Notes under the pieces: generated by a model
What the model saw: the letters and a program-made list of their open reading frames with translations, nothing else
Databases searched by the model: none
Told to the model about the DNA's origin: nothing
Assembly: GCA_021827705.1 (NCBI GenBank)
Contig: JAKAUQ010000018.1
Coordinates: 21,927-85,926 of the forward strand
Origin: Actinomycetes bacterium
GTDB taxonomy: Bacteria > Actinomycetota > Acidimicrobiia > Acidimicrobiales > RAAP-2
Direction of reading: 5' to 3'
Length of the DNA stretch: 64,000 nt
In this document: positions 16,945-26,483 of the stretch, piece after piece
Layout of the letters: each line of letters begins with the position of its first letter
Position numbering within the stretch: the first letter of the stretch is position 1
Program-made: the position numbers and the translations under genes

Positions 16945-17866
16945 CCAGATCGATCACCCGGCGCAGTTCGGCGTAGTGGCGCCCGTCGAAGGGGAAGTTC
17001 AGCGTGCCCCCGTCCACGCTCACTTCGCCGGGCCCGCTCACCCCGGCCAGGACCTCGGCGATCCGGGTCCGGGTCGCCTCGTCGGGGGCCGTGACCAGGT
17101 CCATGCGGCCGTGGCCGTCGTGGTGGGTGAACCCCCGGTAGTTGCTGAAGAAGGTGACCACCTCGAGCTCGATGGCGGCCGCGTCGTGGCACACGCGCAC
17201 GAGGTCTCTGGCGGCGTCGTCGAGGTAGCCCGCCTCGATGATCGAGCCGGTAACGAAGTCCAGCCAGGACTCCCAGTAGCGCCCACCGTCCACGTCGGCC
17301 AGCACGATCGGCGCCGGGCTCGTCTTGCCGGTATGCAGCAGGGTCAGCAGCTCGAAGAGCTCGTCCATCGTGCCCACGCCACCGGGGAAGAAGACGAAGG
17401 CTGCGGACTCGCGGGTCAGGGCGACCTTACGGGTGAAGAAGTACTTCATCTCCACCAGGCGGGTGTCGGCCTCCACGTAGCGGTTGGCCCCCCGCTCGAA
17501 GGGCAGCTCGATGTTGACCCCGAGCGTCGCCTCCTCACCCGCACCGCGGGCGGCTGCCTCCATGATCCCGGGCCCGGCCCCCGACACGACCATCCAGCCC
17601 CGCGCAGCCAGGCGTGCGGCCACGTCTCGCGCCAGGGCGTACTGCGGGGCCGTCTCGGACACCCGGGCCGAGCCGAAGATCGTCACCTTGGGTCGATCGT
17701 GCCACGGAGAGAAGACCCGGGCTGCGGTGGCCAGCTCGCCCATGGCGCGCACGGCAACCGACAGGTCCCGCACGTCACCTCCGGAACGCTCCAGGCGGTC
17801 GACCTGCTCGAGCAGTTCGGCGCGCAAGGCGGCGCGCTCGCCGTCGTCGGGCCCGGCGGCGCTCAC
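16913..17866 (-). CDS. LOG family nucleotide phosphoribohydrolase with C-terminal extension
   Basis: KVTIFGSAR, SGAGPGIMEAA, GVNIELPFE, YFFTRK, FPGGVGTMDE (PGGxGTxxE); GTG overlaps fbiC stop. Confidence 0.88.
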   Translation of the reverse strand: MSAAGPDDGERAALRAELLEQVDRLERSGGDVRDLSVAVRAMGELATAARVFSPWHDRPKVTIFGSARVSETAPQYALARDVAARLAARGWMVVSGAGPGIMEAAARGAGEEATLGVNIELPFERGANRYVEADTRLVEMKYFFTRKVALTRESAAFVFFPGGVGTMDELFELLTLLHTGKTSPAPIVLADVDGGRYWESWLDFVTGSIIEAGYLDDAARDLVRVCHDAAAIELEVVTFFSNYRGFTHHDGHGRMDLVTAPDEATRTRIAEVLAGVSGPGEVSVDGGTLNFPFDGRHYAELRRVIDLVNRAAGPPPR

Positions 17867-20124
17867 GGCGCACCGTAGAGCGTGGAGCGCTGAACCAGCG
17901 GCCGGCCCAGGGGCGCGACGATGTCGCGCAGGTGCGCGACGTCCATCAACTGTCCGTGGACCGCGCCCGCGGCCCGGGAGATGTTCTCCTCCATCAGCGT
18001 GCCACCCAGATCGTTGGCCCCCGCGCTGAGCATGCGGCGCACGCCGGCCACCCCCAGCTTGACCCAGCTGGCCTGCACGTTGTCGATGAGGTTCGCGTAG
18101 TGCAAGCGTCCCACCGCGTGCATCAGGACGGTCTCGCGGAACGTCGGGCCCCGCCGCGCGCGTCCCCGCAAGAAGATCGGCGTCGCCATGTGTACGAAGG
18201 GGAGCGGGACGAACTCGGTGAACCCGCCCGTGCGCTTCTGCAGGTCCCGGGTGAGGCGCAGGTGCGTGGCCCAGCTCTCGACGCCCTCCATCGCACCGAA
18301 CATGATGGTCACGTTGGAGTGCAGCCCCACCTCGTGGGCCGCCCGGTGCACTTCGAGCCACTGGTTGGTCGAGAGCTTGTCGGGGCACAGCACCGCACGC
18401 ACCCGGTCGTCGAGGATCTCGGCCGCAGTGCCCGGCAGGGTCTTCAGCCCCGCGTCGCGCAGGCGACCCAGGTAGTCGGTCAGGTCGAGGTTCGCGCGCC
18501 GGGCACCCTCGTGGATCTCCAAAGCGCTGAAGGCGTGGATGTGCATCGTGGGCACCGTCTCGTGAACGGCGCGCACGACGTCGAGGTAGTAGTCGGCGTC
18601 AAAGCTCGGGTGGATACCCCCCTGCAAGCAGACCTCGGTGGCCCCGAGCTCGTGGGCCTCGCGGACCCGGGCAGCGATGTCATCGAGGGTCAGCAGGTAC
18701 GGGTCGCCACGCAGGTTCAACGACAGCGGGCCCTTGGAGAAGGCGCAGAACCGGCACTTGAACGTGCAGACGTTGGTGTAGTTGATGTTCCGGTTCGCCA
18801 CGTAGGTCACGGGCTCGCCCACGATGCGACGGCGCACGTCGTCGGCCAGCTCCACGACGGCCGTGAAGTCGCCGCCGCGCGCGCGCAGCAGGGTGACGAG
18901 CTCGTCGTCTACGAAGTCGTAGCCGGGCTCGTAGCGTGCCAGCAGCGCCTCTACCGCCGAGGTGCGCACGCGCGAGACCGGCGCCTCCGGCGGTGGCGCC
19001 TCCCCGCCCGAGCACCAGGCATCGTCGCGGGCCAGCCCGTCGACATCGGCCGCGGCCAGCACGGCCGGTCGCACCGCGGCGTCGAAGTAGGTGTCCGCCT
19101 GGTCCACGAAGGCCGGGTAGGCCGTGAGCCGCGGCACGAGCAGGAGGCCCCGGTCCTCGGTCGTGCGGCGCAGGGCGGTGATCGCGGGCCAGGCACGCTC
19201 CGGGTTGACGTGGTCGCGCGTCACCGGCGAGACGCCGCCGAAGTCGTCGATGCCGAAGTCCAGCAGCCAGCCCGGGTCGTCACTGAGGTTGGGGGGGGCC
19301 TGGAGGTGAATGTCGGCGGGCAGGACTAGACGGGCCGCCGCGATGGTCCAGTGGAACTCCTCGGCGCTGGGCGGCGCGGCGTGGGCCATGGCCGTGCCCG
19401 GCTTGGGCAGGAAGTTCTGGACGATGACCTCTTGGACGTGGCCGAACTCGGCGTGGGCTTCCCCGATGGCCTCCAGGGTCCTCAGGCGATCCTCGCGCGA
19501 CTCGCCGATCCCGACCAGCAGGCCGGTGGTGAAGGGGATCTGGAGCTCGCCGGCCGCGCGCAGCGTCGCCACGCGCCGCTCGGGTGCCTTGTCGGGGGCC
19601 AGGCGGTGCGCGGGCAGGTCGGCCAGCACCTCGAGCATCATCCCCTGGGACGCGCTGACGGCGCGCAGCTGGGCCAGCTCGTTGGCGCTGAGGGCGCCGG
19701 CGTTGATGTGGGGGAGCAGGCCGGTCGACTCCAAGACCAGCTGGGCGGCCGTGGCCACGTAGTCGATCGTCGAGGCGTAGCCCCGTGCCTCGAGCCAGCG
19801 CTGGGCCTCGACGTAGCGCAGCTCGGGACGCTCGCCCAGGGTGAACAGCGCCTCAGTGACCCCGGCAGCCTGGCCGGCCTCCGCGATCTCCATCACCTGC
19901 TCGAGTGAGAGGTAGGGCGCCTCGAGGCGCGCGGGTGCCTGGGCGAACGTGCAGTAGGCGCAGCGGTCGCGGCACAGGCGCGTCAGGGGGATGAAGACCT
20001 TGGGCGAGTAGGTGATCGTCCAGCCGTGAGCGTCGCGGGCCCGGGTGAACGCCTCGACGGCGAGCTCCTCGGCAACGCTGTTGACCAGGTTAGATACCGC
20101 GAAGTCGGTACGCGGGGAGGCCAT
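17863..20124 (-). CDS. fbiC: Bifunctional FO synthase (CofG-CofH fusion)
   Basis: Two radical SAM motifs, CRDRCAYC and CTFKCRFC; YSPKVFIPLT, TGLLVGIGE, LPGTAAEIL, NDLGGTLMEENISRAAG; ATG 20124 preferred because -10 TAAGAT lies 7 nt upstream. Confidence 0.94.
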   Translation of the reverse strand: MASPRTDFAVSNLVNSVAEELAVEAFTRARDAHGWTITYSPKVFIPLTRLCRDRCAYCTFAQAPARLEAPYLSLEQVMEIAEAGQAAGVTEALFTLGERPELRYVEAQRWLEARGYASTIDYVATAAQLVLESTGLLPHINAGALSANELAQLRAVSASQGMMLEVLADLPAHRLAPDKAPERRVATLRAAGELQIPFTTGLLVGIGESREDRLRTLEAIGEAHAEFGHVQEVIVQNFLPKPGTAMAHAAPPSAEEFHWTIAAARLVLPADIHLQAPPNLSDDPGWLLDFGIDDFGGVSPVTRDHVNPERAWPAITALRRTTEDRGLLLVPRLTAYPAFVDQADTYFDAAVRPAVLAAADVDGLARDDAWCSGGEAPPPEAPVSRVRTSAVEALLARYEPGYDFVDDELVTLLRARGGDFTAVVELADDVRRRIVGEPVTYVANRNINYTNVCTFKCRFCAFSKGPLSLNLRGDPYLLTLDDIAARVREAHELGATEVCLQGGIHPSFDADYYLDVVRAVHETVPTMHIHAFSALEIHEGARRANLDLTDYLGRLRDAGLKTLPGTAAEILDDRVRAVLCPDKLSTNQWLEVHRAAHEVGLHSNVTIMFGAMEGVESWATHLRLTRDLQKRTGGFTEFVPLPFVHMATPIFLRGRARRGPTFRETVLMHAVGRLHYANLIDNVQASWVKLGVAGVRRMLSAGANDLGGTLMEENISRAAGAVHGQLMDVAHLRDIVAPLGRPLVQRSTLYGAP

Positions 20125-20150
20125 GGCCGGCATCTTACTGGCGCCCGTGC

Positions 20151-21443
20151 TCAGGCCAGCGCGGCGACCTGGGCGATCACCTCGTCCAGCGTGTCGACAA
20201 CGATCCGGGCCACCGGACGGCCGGCGGCCGCCAGGGCCGCTAGGTCGGCGTCAGCCTGCGCCCGGTGGAGGTCGTGGAAGGAGTAGGCCCGTCCCTGAAT
20301 GCGCCGCGGCGCGCTCCGCGGGCGCACCACGACCTGGACCACGCCCACAGCCGGCCCACCCTTGTGGAGCTGGCCCGTCGAGTGCAGGTAGCGCGGGCCG
20401 AGGTTGGCAGTCGTGGTGCCGAAGCGTGCCTCGATGGCCGCGCGCGGGGGACCGAGCAGCGCGCCCGCGCTGAGGGGGCCGTAGACCTGGAGGGTGCGGT
20501 AGCCCGGGTGGCTCAGGGCCCTCTCCAGCGGCACGAGATCGGTGACCGGGGAGGTCCCACTGCGGGCCTCCGGGGTCAGGCGTGCGAAGACGTCGCGCTT
20601 GGCCCGCTCGACGTCGGGCTGGTTGAAGGGATCCACGCCCAGCCGGCGGGCCAGCCACGCCGCCGTCAGCTGGAACTCCATGATCTGGCTCGGCTCCGCA
20701 CCGGGTCCCGGGCCCGGCACTGGGACGATGCCCCGTCCGTCCTTGCCGGTGGTCTCGGCGACCAGCTGCTCGAGCCACAGGGCCGTCCCGTTCGCGGCGG
20801 GGTCGCCCCCGACGTCCAGGTGGCCAACGTCGTCGGCGATCTCCACCGCCGCCGCGCGCGCCAGTGCCCGCTCGACGACGTCTGCGCCCAGGCGGTTGGC
20901 CTCCTGGAGCTCGGCCAGCTCGTCGAGGCTCCAGCCCCCGTAGAGCGCCGGGATCAGGCCGAAGGGACTCAGGGCCGAGAAGCGTCCCCCGGTCGCGGGA
21001 TCGGCCAGCACCACCGTCGCCCCCAGCCACTGGCCGAGGGCCGCGAGCGAGGTACCCGGATCGGTGATGACGATCAGGTCCTCGGGCGCGACGCCGTTCA
21101 CCAGCGCGTGGGCCATCAGCGTCTGCACCTCGACGGTGGTGCCGGACTTGGAGGCCACGATCAGCGTGGCATTCGAGAAGTCGGTCGCGGCGATGGTGTC
21201 GGGATTCGACGTGTCCAGCACGCTGAGGGATGCTGAGCGGCTCAGCATGCGCGCGGGCGACGAGGAGCCGCCCATGCCCACCACGAGGGTCTGTTCGCGA
21301 CGCCGCGGCAGGCGCTCCAGCGTCGCGGCCAGCCACGAGCCGCCGTAGGCGACGGGGTGTCCCAGCCAGCCCAGCGCCCCAGTCGCCGTCGACCCGACAA
21401 AGAGCGTCGGGTCGCCCGCCACCAGGCGTTCGGCCTCGTTCAC
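20151..21443 (-). CDS. pgi: Glucose-6-phosphate isomerase-like protein (short, Tal-Pgi type)
   Basis: GMGGSS, SKSGTTVE, GGRFSALS, WLEQLVAETTGK, DPFNQPDVE..K, GPRYLHSTGQLHKGG; coupled to tal. Confidence 0.8.
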   Translation of the reverse strand: MNEAERLVAGDPTLFVGSTATGALGWLGHPVAYGGSWLAATLERLPRRREQTLVVGMGGSSSPARMLSRSASLSVLDTSNPDTIAATDFSNATLIVASKSGTTVEVQTLMAHALVNGVAPEDLIVITDPGTSLAALGQWLGATVVLADPATGGRFSALSPFGLIPALYGGWSLDELAELQEANRLGADVVERALARAAAVEIADDVGHLDVGGDPAANGTALWLEQLVAETTGKDGRGIVPVPGPGPGAEPSQIMEFQLTAAWLARRLGVDPFNQPDVERAKRDVFARLTPEARSGTSPVTDLVPLERALSHPGYRTLQVYGPLSAGALLGPPRAAIEARFGTTTANLGPRYLHSTGQLHKGGPAVGVVQVVVRPRSAPRRIQGRAYSFHDLHRAQADADLAALAAAGRPVARIVVDTLDEVIAQVAALA

Positions 21444-22552
21444 GCGACCTCGCGGCGGCGGGCGGCCACCGTCGCCAGGACCGACTCGTAGGCGTCAATG
21501 AAGGCTTGGACCCCCTCGGCCTCCAGCTGGGCGGCCGTGGCCGCCAGATCGACCCCCGCGGGCAGGTCACCCAGCTGGTCGATCATGGCCTGGCGCGCGC
21601 GGGCGTCGGTGAGCGGGGAGGGCTCCCAGCCCGTGCGCTGGCGCGCCGCCTCGAGAGTCGCGTCGGGCATCGTGTTGACGGTGGAGGGAGCAGCCAGGGG
21701 AGCCACGTAGGTCAGCTCGTCGTAGTCGGGGTTCTTCACCGACGTCGACGCCCACAGCGGGCGCTGGATGGGCGCACGGTGCGCCAGGAGCTGGCGCGTG
21801 CGCGGCTCCGCGCTTCGCTGGAGGAACCGGTCATAGACGGCCGCGACCTGCGCGTTGGCCGTCCGCCCCCGGCGCGGGTCACCCGGCGCCAGTTGGGCGT
21901 CGACCGCGGTGTCCACGCGCGACACGAACACCGAGGCCACACTGGCGATCCGCGCCAGGTCGTCACCGGCCGCGTCAGCGCGTTCGACGCCCTCCAGCCA
22001 CGCCGTGAACACCTGGTCGTAGCGCTCGACCGAGAAGATGAGGGTCACGTTGACGCTGATGCCGCGAGCCAGCACGCGCACGATCGCCTCGAGACCCTGG
22101 TCGGTGGCGGGGATCTTGATGAGCAGGTTCTCGGTCCCCACTGCGGCCGACAGGCGCTCGGCGGCACGCACCGTGCCCTCGACGTCGAAGGCCAGGCGCG
22201 GGTCCACTTCGAGGGAGACGAACCCGTCGGTGAATTCCGTCTGGCGCGCCGCGAAGGCCGCGCGCGACGCGCTGTAGACGGGGTCGAGAACGGCGCACGC
22301 GTCGCGGACGTCGCGAACGGCCAGCTCCTCGAAGAGCTCCTCATCGCTGCGCGCGCCCCCCGCGCGCAGGCCCGCGCTGTAGGCGTCGCTGGTGGCCAGG
22401 GCCCGCGCGAAGATCGAGGGGTTCGAGGTCACCCCGCGCACGCCCTGATCCACCAGGGAGTGCAGCGTGCCGTCGTCGAGCCAGTCGCGGCGGATGTTGT
22501 CAATCCAGGGACTCTGGCCGTGGCTGGCGAAGAGATCGTGCAGACCGCTCAT
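21440..22552 (-). CDS. tal: Transaldolase
   Basis: WIDN, GVTSNPSIF, VSLEVDP, NLLIKIPAT (Schiff-base Lys), NVTLIFS, ASVFVSRVD, LWASTSVKNP. Confidence 0.95.
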   Translation of the reverse strand: MSGLHDLFASHGQSPWIDNIRRDWLDDGTLHSLVDQGVRGVTSNPSIFARALATSDAYSAGLRAGGARSDEELFEELAVRDVRDACAVLDPVYSASRAAFAARQTEFTDGFVSLEVDPRLAFDVEGTVRAAERLSAAVGTENLLIKIPATDQGLEAIVRVLARGISVNVTLIFSVERYDQVFTAWLEGVERADAAGDDLARIASVASVFVSRVDTAVDAQLAPGDPRRGRTANAQVAAVYDRFLQRSAEPRTRQLLAHRAPIQRPLWASTSVKNPDYDELTYVAPLAAPSTVNTMPDATLEAARQRTGWEPSPLTDARARQAMIDQLGDLPAGVDLAATAAQLEAEGVQAFIDAYESVLATVAARRREVA

Positions 22553-24543
22553 GCGTGGTGCTCCAGTCGAGTGCGGACGTGCTCGACGACCGTGGCGGCC
22601 GTCATGGCGAGGTGGTTCATGGCGTAGCTGCCGGGTGCCGAGAGGCCGAAGCGGTCGATGCCGATCGCCTCGTCAACGTAGCGGTGCCACCCGAGTGTCG
22701 CCCCGGCCTCCAGGGACACCGAGGGCACCTCACGACGCAGGACGGCCCTCTGGTAGGAGGCCGGCTGGGCGGCAAAGCACGTCCAGCACGGCAGAGCCAC
22801 CACCCGCACCGCGATGCCGTCGCTGGCCAGGACGTCGGCCGCCTCCAGGCAGGTGGCGACCTCCGATCCCGTCGCCACCAGGCTGAAGCGCGCGTCGGCC
22901 TGCTCGCGCACCACGTACCCGCCGCGGGCCACGCCCGCGGCCGAGGCGGCCGCCTCGGCGGGTCCCCACACCGGAACGTCCTGGCGCGACAGGACGAGCG
23001 CCGTGGGAGGCGGCGCGGGGTCGCGCAGCAGGGCCTCGACGACGCGCAGCGTCTCGTTGGCGTCCCCGGGGCGCACCACGTGCAGGCGCGGCATGGCGCG
23101 CAACGACATGAGGTGCTCGACGGGCTGGTGCGTGGGCCCGTCCTCGCCCACGGCCACGGAATCGTGGGTGAACACGAAGGTGGCCGGGACCTCGCTGAGG
23201 GCCGCTAGGCGCAGGGCCGGCCGCGCGTAGTCGCTGAAGACCAAGAACGTGGACCCGAAGGGGCGCAGGCCGCCGTGGCTGGCCTGGCCCACCAGGATCG
23301 CCGCCATGGCCAATTCGCGCACCCCGTAGTGGATCTGACGCCCGCCCGGGTCCTCACGACTCTGGCGCGGGCCCACCAGGCGCACACCGGTGTTCTCGGT
23401 CAGGTCGGCCGAACCAGCCGTCAGTCCCCGGGTCGCCGGCGCCCAGGTGTCGAGGGCGCGCTGGAGTGCCTTGCGCGTGGCCACCCGTGCGCCGGCCTCG
23501 TAGGCCAGCGCGACCGCATCTCCGCGCAGGGCACCGGCGCTGGCCAGCTGTTCGCTCAGACGCGCTCCGCGCTCACCGGCGGCGGCCAGCGCTGCCACCC
23601 ACGCCTCGCGCCCGGATCCCTTCGCCTCACCGCTGGCGCGCAGACGCGCCGGCAGCGTGGGCTCGAGCGGGAACGGCGTGTCCGCCAGGCCCAGGCGGGC
23701 CTTCACGTCGCTAATGACCGCGGGAGAGAACGGCGCCCCGTGCGCCTCGCGTCGATCCAGCATCTCGGGGGACGGGAAGCCGATGTGCGAGCGCAAGACC
23801 ACCAGGGTGGGTCGCTCGCCCTCGGCCCTGGCCGCGCGGCCGGCTCCCTCGAGGGCGTCGAGGTCGTTGGCCGACTCGCCGAGCTCGATCACGTGCCAGC
23901 CGTAGGCCCGGAACCGCGCCGGCGTGTCGTCGGCGCGGGCCAGCTCGGTGGGGCCGTCGATGGTGATGTGGTTGTCGTCGTAGAAGACCGTGAGTCGGTC
24001 TAGTCCCCACGCCCCGGCGAGGGACGCCGCCTCGTGGCTGATGCCCTCCTCCAGGCAGCCGTCGCCGGCAATCACCCACGTGCGGTGGTTCACCAAGTCG
24101 TCGCCGTAGTCCGCCCGCAAGATCCGCTCGGCCAGGGCCAGGCCCACCGCGTTGGCCAGTCCCTGGCCGAGTGGTCCCGTGGTCACCTCGACCGTGGGGG
24201 TCACGCCCCTCTCGGGGTGGCCGGGGGTCTTCGAGTGGGGCTGGCGAAAGGCCTCCAAGTCCTGGGCGGTGACGTCGTAGCCAAACAGGTAGGCCAGGGA
24301 GTACTGGAGCATCGAGGCGTGCCCGGCGCTCAGGACGAAGCGATCGCGGTCCGGCCAACGGGGATCAGCGGGATCGTGGCGCAGCAGCCGCGAGAACAGG
24401 GTCACGCCCAGGGGAGCCAAGGCCATCGCGGTCCCGCTGTGGCCCGACTGGGCTCGAGCGGGCCCGTCCAGGGCCAGGGCTACGATCTCGCGGATGGCGC
24501 GGCCCTCCAGGTCGGTCGCCCCCGCGTACAGATCGTCAGTCAT
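22549..24543 (-). CDS. tkt: Transketolase
   Basis: SGHSGTAM, RDRFVLSAGHAS, TTGPLGQG, GDGCLEEGISHEA, YGVRE, THDSVAVGEDGPTHQP; ATG 24543 has -10 TACGCT 7 nt upstream. Confidence 0.96.
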   Translation of the reverse strand: MTDDLYAGATDLEGRAIREIVALALDGPARAQSGHSGTAMALAPLGVTLFSRLLRHDPADPRWPDRDRFVLSAGHASMLQYSLAYLFGYDVTAQDLEAFRQPHSKTPGHPERGVTPTVEVTTGPLGQGLANAVGLALAERILRADYGDDLVNHRTWVIAGDGCLEEGISHEAASLAGAWGLDRLTVFYDDNHITIDGPTELARADDTPARFRAYGWHVIELGESANDLDALEGAGRAARAEGERPTLVVLRSHIGFPSPEMLDRREAHGAPFSPAVISDVKARLGLADTPFPLEPTLPARLRASGEAKGSGREAWVAALAAAGERGARLSEQLASAGALRGDAVALAYEAGARVATRKALQRALDTWAPATRGLTAGSADLTENTGVRLVGPRQSREDPGGRQIHYGVRELAMAAILVGQASHGGLRPFGSTFLVFSDYARPALRLAALSEVPATFVFTHDSVAVGEDGPTHQPVEHLMSLRAMPRLHVVRPGDANETLRVVEALLRDPAPPPTALVLSRQDVPVWGPAEAAASAAGVARGGYVVREQADARFSLVATGSEVATCLEAADVLASDGIAVRVVALPCWTCFAAQPASYQRAVLRREVPSVSLEAGATLGWHRYVDEAIGIDRFGLSAPGSYAMNHLAMTAATVVEHVRTRLEHHA

Positions 24544-24598
24544 GGCCAAAAGCGTAGTGAAGTTCCTCTCGATGCACGGTTGACGGTAGCGTCACCCC

Positions 24599-24985
24599 AT
24601 GCTCCAGGTTCCGCCCAACTGCGACCTCAGCCTGGGACTGCGGCGTCTAGCCAACGACGACCCGTCCCAGAGCGTCTGGGTTGTCGATATCGACGAGCGC
24701 TTCACCAATCCGATGGGGGTCCTCCAGGGCGGCTTCCTGGCCGCCATCGCCGACTCGGCCATGGGCGCCGCCGTCGTCCAGGCGGCCACGGGCGCGGTAC
24801 GGGTCGCCAACACCGATTTACGCGTCTCCCTGGTGCGGCCGGTGCGCCCGGGGGCGACCTTGACGTGCGTGGCCCAGGTGCGCCGCATCGGCCGCAGCGT
24901 GGCCTTCACCGACGCGACCGTGCGTGACCAGCACGACCACCTCGTGGCCACGGCCAGCTCCACCTTCGTCGTGAGCCCCCGGTGA
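24599..24985 (+). CDS. PaaI family thioesterase (hot-dog fold)
   Basis: NPMGVLQGGFLAAIADSAMG, DLRVSLVRP, RIGRSVAF. Confidence 0.85.
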   Translation: MLQVPPNCDLSLGLRRLANDDPSQSVWVVDIDERFTNPMGVLQGGFLAAIADSAMGAAVVQAATGAVRVANTDLRVSLVRPVRPGATLTCVAQVRRIGRSVAFTDATVRDQHDHLVATASSTFVVSPR

Positions 24986-24998
24986 GTAGGCTGGCGCC

Positions 24999-25352
24999 AT
25001 GAAGGTGCCATGGTGGCGTCGCCTCTTCCCGGGCATCTCGCTGCGGCGCGACGTCGACGAGATCAAGTCGCTGCTGGGACGCTACGTTCGTGAGGAGACC
25101 GTCGAGCCGGTCAAGCGCATCGCCCGGTACGCCGCCTTCGGAGCCGTGGGCAGCGTCTTTGTGGGCTTCGGAGCCTTGATGCTCCTGGTCGCCCTGTTGC
25201 GCTTCTTGCAGCAGTTCCGGGTTCTCGATGGCTCCCTGTCGTGGCTGCCCTACCTGATCGTCGCGGTGGCCGCCCTGGCCGTGCTGGCCCTGACGGCCTG
25301 GCGCATCGTCGGCGACGCCTCGGTGCGTCGACGTCTCAAGGACCCCTCGTGA
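24999..25352 (+). CDS. Two-TM membrane protein, YqjE/holin-X-like
   Basis: Amphipathic N-terminus (LLGRYVREET..VKR), two hydrophobic helices, basic tail. Confidence 0.7.
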   Translation: MKVPWWRRLFPGISLRRDVDEIKSLLGRYVREETVEPVKRIARYAAFGAVGSVFVGFGALMLLVALLRFLQQFRVLDGSLSWLPYLIVAVAALAVLALTAWRIVGDASVRRRLKDPS

Positions 25353-25546
25353 CGACGTCGGCCACGCGCCGCGACCTGGAGCGTGCCGTGCGCGACCTGG
25401 TACCCTCCACGCAGATCCGCGCGTGGCGTGAGGACCCGGCCACCACCGCCCTCGCCGGGGCCGGCGGCCTGGTCACGGGCTTCGTCTGGGGATTCTGGCG
25501 CGCCCGGCGACGGGCCCGCACCCGCGCCCGCGCCTCGCGCCGATGA
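25349..25546 (+). CDS. Small tail-anchored membrane protein (65 aa)
   Basis: GTGA overlap with previous gene; TRRDLERAVRDL...AGAGGLVTGFVWG followed by Arg-rich end. Confidence 0.55.
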   Translation: MTTSATRRDLERAVRDLVPSTQIRAWREDPATTALAGAGGLVTGFVWGFWRARRRARTRARASRR

Positions 25547-25689
25547 TGCGCACGCTGCGATGGGCCGCGGCTCTGGCCGCCGGACGGGCCCTGCGTCGCG
25601 CCTCGCCGGCCTGGGCGGTGGTGGCCGCACTGCTGGTGGTCATGCGCCTCTTGCATCGCGCCTCTCGCGCGCGCCCCTCGCGCGCATGA
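25543..25689 (+). CDS. Small membrane protein (48 aa), not in the ORF track
   Basis: ATGA overlaps at both ends (previous gene and trmI); MMRTLRWAAALAAGRALRRASPAWAVVAALLVVMRLLHRASRARPSRA. Confidence 0.5.
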   Translation: MMRTLRWAAALAAGRALRRASPAWAVVAALLVVMRLLHRASRARPSRA

Positions 25690-26483
25690 ATGCGGACCTC
25701 AGCGCGGGGGAGCGCGTCCTCCTGATCGACGCCAAGGACCGGCGCTACCTGGTGACCCTGCAGAGCGGTGGCTCCTTCCACACCCACGCCGGCATCGTGG
25801 CCCACGACGACGTCATCGGGCAGCCCGAGGGCTCCCTCGTGGGCGCGGCCGGCTCGGAGCGCCGATTCCTGGTGCTGCGCCCCACTCTCGCCGACATCGT
25901 CCTCAAGATGCCCCGCGGTGCTCAGGTGATCTACCCCAAGGACTTGGGAGCCATCCTCCTGCGAGCCGACATCGGGCCGGGACAGCGCGTCTTCGAGGCC
26001 GGTGTCGGGTCGGGCGCCTTGTCGATGGCCCTCTTGCGGGCCGGCGCCAGCGTCCACGCCTACGAGCTGCGTGAGGACTTCGCCCACCAGGCCCGACGCA
26101 ACGTGGAGACCTTCTTGGGACCCGGAGTGGCCTACGAGATCGAGATCCGCGACGCGGGCGCGGGCATCGACGAGCGTGGCCTCGACCGAGTCCTGCTGGA
26201 CCTGCCCGAGCCCTGGCGCGTCGTGGAGCACGCTGCCGCCGCGCTGCGTCCCGGGGGCATCCTGCTCTCCTACCTCCCGAGCATCACCCAGGTGCTCCAG
26301 GTGCGCGACGCCCTGCGGGCCCACGGCTTTGGCCAGATCGAGACCGTCGAGGTCCTCGAGCGCGGGTGGCACATCGACGGCCGCGCCGTGCGGCCCGACC
26401 ACCGCATGGTGGCCCACACCGGGTTCTTGACCACCGCGCGGCGCCTGGTGCGCCCGGGGGCCGAGCTCAGTCCTGCTCGATGA
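25686..26483 (+). CDS. trmI: tRNA (adenine-58-N1)-methyltransferase
   Basis: FHTHAG, MPRGAQVIYPKD, EAGVGSGAL, DLPEPW, RPDHRMVAHTGFL. Confidence 0.95.
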   Translation: MNADLSAGERVLLIDAKDRRYLVTLQSGGSFHTHAGIVAHDDVIGQPEGSLVGAAGSERRFLVLRPTLADIVLKMPRGAQVIYPKDLGAILLRADIGPGQRVFEAGVGSGALSMALLRAGASVHAYELREDFAHQARRNVETFLGPGVAYEIEIRDAGAGIDERGLDRVLLDLPEPWRVVEHAAAALRPGGILLSYLPSITQVLQVRDALRAHGFGQIETVEVLERGWHIDGRAVRPDHRMVAHTGFLTTARRLVRPGAELSPAR

